This document shows, piece after piece, positions 58,723 through 64,000 of a stretch of 64,000 nt of DNA; the stretch's first letter is position 1, and each line of letters starts with the position of its first letter. The position numbers were made by a program, and so were the translations under genes. Origin of the DNA: Utricularia gibba (lineage: Eukaryota; Plantae; Magnoliophyta); contig NEEC01000011.1 in NCBI GenBank assembly GCA_002189035.1, positions 1,922,001 through 1,986,000 of the forward strand. The letters run 5' to 3'. The notes below the pieces were generated by a model, which was given only the letters and a program-made list of their open reading frames with translations, was not told the DNA's origin and ran no database searches.

Positions 58723-58735
58723 AACCCTAAATTGG
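58723..58735 (+). promoter_or_regulatory. Perfect CArG box (CCTAAATTGG, 58726-58735) overlapping a telobox-like AACCCTAA in the WUS 3' flank
   Basis: Read directly, 279 bp after the WUS stop codon. Function is inferred from AGAMOUS binding to WUS 3' CArG sites in other species. Confidence 0.5.
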
Positions 58736-60910
58736 CTTGTTTTTTTAGTTTTTGGGAGTACTTATAAATTCAATCCGATCTAACAAATTAGATAATATGA
58801 ATGCAAGATTCAACTCATTCTCAAATCTATTAAGATTAAAGTAGTATCATTTCATATATAAGCTAATTGAAATGGGAGGATTGATGTGGGATTACACATT
58901 TTTCAATACCAAATTTCCAACAATCAGCATCCGATCCCTTCGCAAACAGGGAAAAGTGAACTCGTTTTATCAGTAGGATTACGAGCAAGACTACCGATCA
59001 GACTCGCTGCTTTCGAGAAGTGTGACCGTACTGTAGCCCGGAGTAGGGCTAGGGTTTGGGTAATGATTGCTTCGTTGATAGCTAGACTGGAGGCGTTGGA
59101 AACTGGTGACGAGTGAAGTACTGCGCAATCCTTGGGAAAGGTGGGGGAGTGATCGGGATTTGGCTCCTCAATCACACACATACACACGTGCTTGCGTGTA
59201 TAAATTAAATAAATATCATTTTTTAACCATTAAAAATAGAAAATTTATTAAATTCTCATGATAGAAATAGAAAATAAAGAGATCATTTTCAGTTGATTGA
59301 GATTATACATGTGACAAAAAATTACTTAAAAAAACCCTCATTTTTTACTTGAAAATGTAGGGTTTTGGAGTATATAATTAGGGTTGGAAAAAAAATTAGA
59401 ATTTTTAGAGATTGGGTTGATGGTTTATTTCATGTAAGTATAATGTACAAATTTAAATTCGAATACGTACGTTTCGTAAACATAAGTAGATAAATATAAT
59501 AGTTTAACATAAACCCTAAATATATCTACTAAGTTTAACATAAAACATATTTTTTATTGTAGTTTTTAATTTATGTAAAATCAATTTTAGATACTTCCTA
59601 AAAGTTTTTTACAAACATGACCTTTGTATTTTAGAATGTGATAACGCTTCGAGATTATCATGTTGTTTAATGAAATAACTATGTAAAAAAAATTGACTCA
59701 GTAGCATTAAACTTTACAAAAACATAGTGATCAAACTTTACGAAAAAACAAGAAAAAAAACTTTGGCTGTAGAACATAATAATTAATAAATATAAGTATT
59801 TAAAGAAGGTAGTTAACATACTGTACGTGATAGTTTGTGCACATAGAAGCAGTGAATTGCGGCACTTCTCTTGGATTTTGATTCTTATGATGAAGAATAA
59901 TAATTCAGGGATTTATTTATTTATTAAAAAAAACCTTGAAAAATGGGGTCTTGGAAACGGTGATGCAAGAATCCTGCTTTTTTGACTGGTTTGTGGTTCG
60001 AGAGGAAAGGCCGCCGGAGGGTTCACGGAGGAGGAGAGCCGGCGGCGACTGCGGTGGCCCACGCTTCTTCATAATCTTTCTGGTAATGATGAGGCACAGA
60101 GACATAATCATAGGCCGTGCAATGGACAGGTTTCTAGACAAAAAGAGTGTCCGAATCACTGAGATTTGTACCCCTCTCCTCCCTTTTGAATAAACACATT
60201 ATCTTATCATATTATCCTCCAACTTCGATACAAAAATTATATTCAATTATTATAATTTTATGTTTTTACATCATTGTCCAATATTTACTTATAATAAAGT
60301 CACTTGAATAAGTTTTTGTGTGATAATTTTAAGTAATATTTTGGAAAATTTTTAGGAAATATTTTTACTTTTTTAAAATTATTTTAGAAAATAAAAAATA
60401 AAATTCAGGTATTAATTATTTTTTTAAAAAATAATTTTTGTAATATAATTTTAAAAATATTTTTGTTAGAATTATTTTTATAATCTTTAATGTTTTAGAT
60501 AAAATTATTTTTATCTTTTAAAAAATAGAAATAAACTTCAAAATTTTTTTGAGAACAATGGTTTAGTTAATCTCTTTCTATCTCTCCATCTATATCAATA
60601 TAAAGTTCGTTTAAGGTTATGCTATCACTTTTCCTAGGCAAATGTATCTATCACATTTGTTGATAGAAAAATACGGCTTATTTACAAATATGATCACCTA
60701 TATGTTCTTTGTCGCATGTTCATTTAATAATTTTACATTAAAAATATCCACTTTTATCACACACTTATTAAGAATGCCCGCTCTTGTAAATATTTCAAAA
60801 ATACATCTATTTTATGGTCATTTAGAAAATTAGGCATCTATACATTATCTCTCATGCACTTAATTAAAAATTTTACCTTCAGAATGCCCACTTTTCTCAT
60901 ACAACAATAA

Positions 60911-61148
60911 GGCTATGCTTGATTGGTAAGTTTGGACAGGATTGAATGATTATAGATTATATTTGATGTGTTTGGTACAAATATTTGTTAAACCCATGAA
61001 AAAACAAAAACATGAGATTTACTTTATACAAAGTAAAAAAATAGATCATAAGGGAGAGATGGGTAAAAATATTTACTTTCAACTAAATCCATACATAATC
61101 ATTAATAAACTAAACCTATTCATTCTTTATTTTTAACCAAATATGGCC
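60911..61148. mobile_element. Older Tourist-like MITE, 238 bp
   Basis: Ends GGCTATGCTTGAT and ACCAAATATGGCC match at 9/13 and resemble GGCCATGTTTGGT. TAA flanks both ends (60908-60910 and 61149-61151). AT-rich interior. Confidence 0.55.
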
Positions 61149-62452
61149 TAATGATATGACCAATTTTCTAAAACACCCATCGATCTCATGTCCTACTTCA
61201 CCTTATCCTAATTCTGGTCCTGGGAACTACTTACACAACCCTAGTTATTGTTTGAATGCTCAATCTTAGTTGTTAAATTATAGTATAAGTTCGGTTTACT
61301 GTACAATTAATTATCATTACTTGTGATTTAAAAGAGTAAGCCGACGGTGTAGTACATGCAATTTTAAATTCAAAAGTTGCTGTAAATTGTATTTTTTGGT
61401 CTACAAAAATGAAATAATTTAAATAATAAAAATCTTGGAATCAACATACACACTTGAATATGAATCTCCTTTTTTAATATTAAAAATAATAAAAAATAGT
61501 ATGAGGGTAATTATTAATACATTTCCATATTGAGATAAACATAACAGCCACGTGGATAAGAATATTATTATTAGGCGCAAATGTCCATTTTTGGCCCACC
61601 GACATAAGAATCATGTTGGAGGAGCTATTGGATATGCTACTCTATACACGCGGATTAAAAGCGCGGTCGGTCGTGGAAGGACAGTACCCAAATATACCAT
61701 AGGTTATGAAATGATATTAAATAGAATAATCACGTAAATCTTATATGATATTTTTTACGATAATGAGGATCATTTGTAAAAATTGTAAAAATAAACATAT
61801 TTGATTTCGAATAATTTGAGGATGAATGATTTTTTTGGAAAAATACATCAAATATATAAAAAAAAACGTAAAATAGTAAGAATTGAATATTCAAAATAGA
61901 TAATATCATAAAAAATAAATATGAGTCATTACAAATCTTGAGTGTATGTACCATAGATGATTTTTAATAAATTTTTTCATATGGGTTAAAAAATTGATTC
62001 ACCTTAGTATACTTTTTTTTATTTTATTTAAAATTACGCTGATTCCATGTGACATATTTATTTTAAAATAGTATTTTTATTAAATGTTTTTTTTAGAAGA
62101 AAAAGAAAAGAAGATGTATTTTTGCTCAGGAGGCGAAAAAGACGAAAAAGGGAATGAGAGGAGGTTGTTGACCGGGTCTGGAGGTATGTTTGACGGAACA
62201 CGGTGTGTCTCTCCTTCCTCCTCCTTTCGTCCCTTCTGCTTTTCGCTTTCCTTGCAATGCACATTCAGCCTTCCAGAAATTTAGCCTTGAGGCATGGTTT
62301 ATATGGTTCCTGATACGCCTTTACGGCTTTGATTCTCAAGTTGTCATTCTTCTTTGTGGGTTTCTCATCGGAGGCCTGTTTGGTCCTGGCGCAGAACTGT
62401 CGGGTGCTTCACTGTTTCCGGCTTCCGGTTTGTGTTCTTGGGGTGCTGAGAG

Positions 62453-64000
62453 ATGGGAAGCTGCATATCCACCATAAAAGTTGGAAATAATTCCAACTCC
62501 AAACGACGGTCCTCTTCAGCGGCGAACGAAGTCACGCGGAAGAATCATCATCGTAAGAATCGTGAACGGGGGAATGATTCTCAGAATATTGCGAATAAGA
62601 ATTCAAAATGGTCAGGTGCAAGTGTAACTATTCCTTTTGGAAAAAGAACGGATTTTGGGTACGACAAGGACTTTGATCGAAAGTACAGCATCGGAAAATT
62701 GTTGGGGCATGGCCAGTTTGGTTATACATATGTTGGAATTGATAAATCTAATGGATATCGTGTTGCAGTCAAAAAAATAGACAAGAATAAGGTACTTCTT
62801 GAGAGTGCTTATCAAGCTTTTTTGTTTTTTGTAATCTCGAGGTGTCTTGTTCAATGAGAGTTAGGTTACTGGCATGGCCAGTTTATGAATATGCTTACTA
62901 GTTTTCTGAACTTGGATTCATGTACGACTGTGGCGAGGCATCAAGTGTAATATTGGCATTTCTTTTTTTCAGTTTTTTCATAAGGAATGCCCAGGCTTCA
63001 TCCATGACCTTGCACTCGGATTTCTGTAGTTATCTATTTTTCTTGCTCCTTTTTTTCATTAGATTTCTAGTCCACAGTGTACGCAGAGCCAACAATTGTA
63101 GCTTGATAGCATTTTACCCCCTCCTATGTGGGAAGGTGTACATGTGCCTGATGAAAATAGCACATTAGATAAAGAAACGGTCTTGAGTTCTCACTTATCG
63201 ATTTCATGGCAGATGTTTTCAATTCCTATTTCTCCAACGACATAATACACTTCCAGTTACCAGAAACTGATGTTTGCTGGGATCTATTATTATACTGCTA
63301 TGTTGTTTCATCTCTCATCATATTATCCTTCTGTTGGCATTTTGAATTTGCGTAAACTAGTGAAGTGTCTGTTTTGGTAGCTCCGTCATAGTTTTCACTT
63401 ATCAACTTAATGGCAGATGCTGCTTCCAGTTGCTGTTGAGGATGTTAAGCGAGAAGTCAAGATATTGAGAGCTTTGGCAAGCCATGAAAATGTGGTTCAT
63501 TTTTACAATGCCTATGAAGATGATTCTTATGTGTATATAGTTATGGAGTAAGCGCTTGCGTCATGTTTCATTATCTACATGAACGAGTTTCAGGCATTCA
63601 GATTTGTGGAATGTAATTTGTAAATTGTTTTTGGCTTCTCCAAGGTTATGTGAAGGTGGAGAGCTGCTTGACCGCATCTTGGCAAAGTACATGTTTCACT
63701 TGCAGCCATTATTTTGATGAGTGTCTTACAATTTTCTGAACGGTGACCTTTCTTGAATGTGACTTTCTGGAACAGAAAGGAGAGCCGTTACACTGAGAAG
63801 GATGCAGCAGTTATTGTAAGGCAGATGCTAAAAGTTGCAGCAGAGTGCCATTTACATGGTTTCGTACACCGTGACATGAAGCCAGAGGTATGTGTTAAAT
63901 TCATCCAACAGCATCCCCGTGACAGTGCAAGCTGATGAACATTAGATGATTTTTATCATCCAGAATTTTCTTTTCAAGTCCCCAAAAGAAGACTCCATCT
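62453..64000 (+). CDS. Calcium-dependent protein kinase, group IV (CPK16/18/28-like); runs off the window end
   Basis: MGSCIS myristoylation/palmitoylation start, [36 protein letters not shown]|[31 protein letters not shown] and HRDMKPE|NFLFKS. Exons 62453-62791, 63417-~63548, ~63645-63686, ~63775-63887 and 63964-end. Confidence 0.95.

Overview
Gene-dense plant (eudicot) nuclear DNA with short GT-AG introns and very AT-rich spacers. There are no prokaryotic features, CRISPR arrays, rRNA or complete tRNA genes. I reconstructed exon structures by hand for about 15 genes, in order: a partial AAA ATPase (+), an uncharacterised ~489-aa protein (-), an At5g52430-type PSSP-rich protein (-), plastid release factor PRFB1 (-), PGLP1 (-), a degenerate gene-like locus (-), AS2 (-), plastid SufD (-), a SAUR (-), PWP1 (-), PI4K-beta (+), a frameshifted MLP/Bet v 1 gene (+), an HSL3-like LRR-RLK with two frameshifts (+), a small 3-exon 93-aa gene that the ORF track catches only in part (-), ALKBH9B-like (+), WUSCHEL with one frameshift (+) and a partial group IV CDPK (+). 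Mobile elements: one hAT-type MITE with a perfect 8-bp TSD and two or three Tourist-like MITEs. I did not find a clearly new biological system. The most notable points are: (i) frameshifts in WUS, the RLK and the MLP gene, where the WUS and RLK lesions are single missing bases in G/C runs and so look more like assembly errors than true knockouts; (ii) telobox and CArG motifs concentrated at WUS and AS2, suggesting a candidate Polycomb/AGAMOUS control region; (iii) the small unrecognised gene; (iv) an expanded charged-repeat region in PI4K-beta. Arabidopsis family and locus names are from memory and were not checked by a search.
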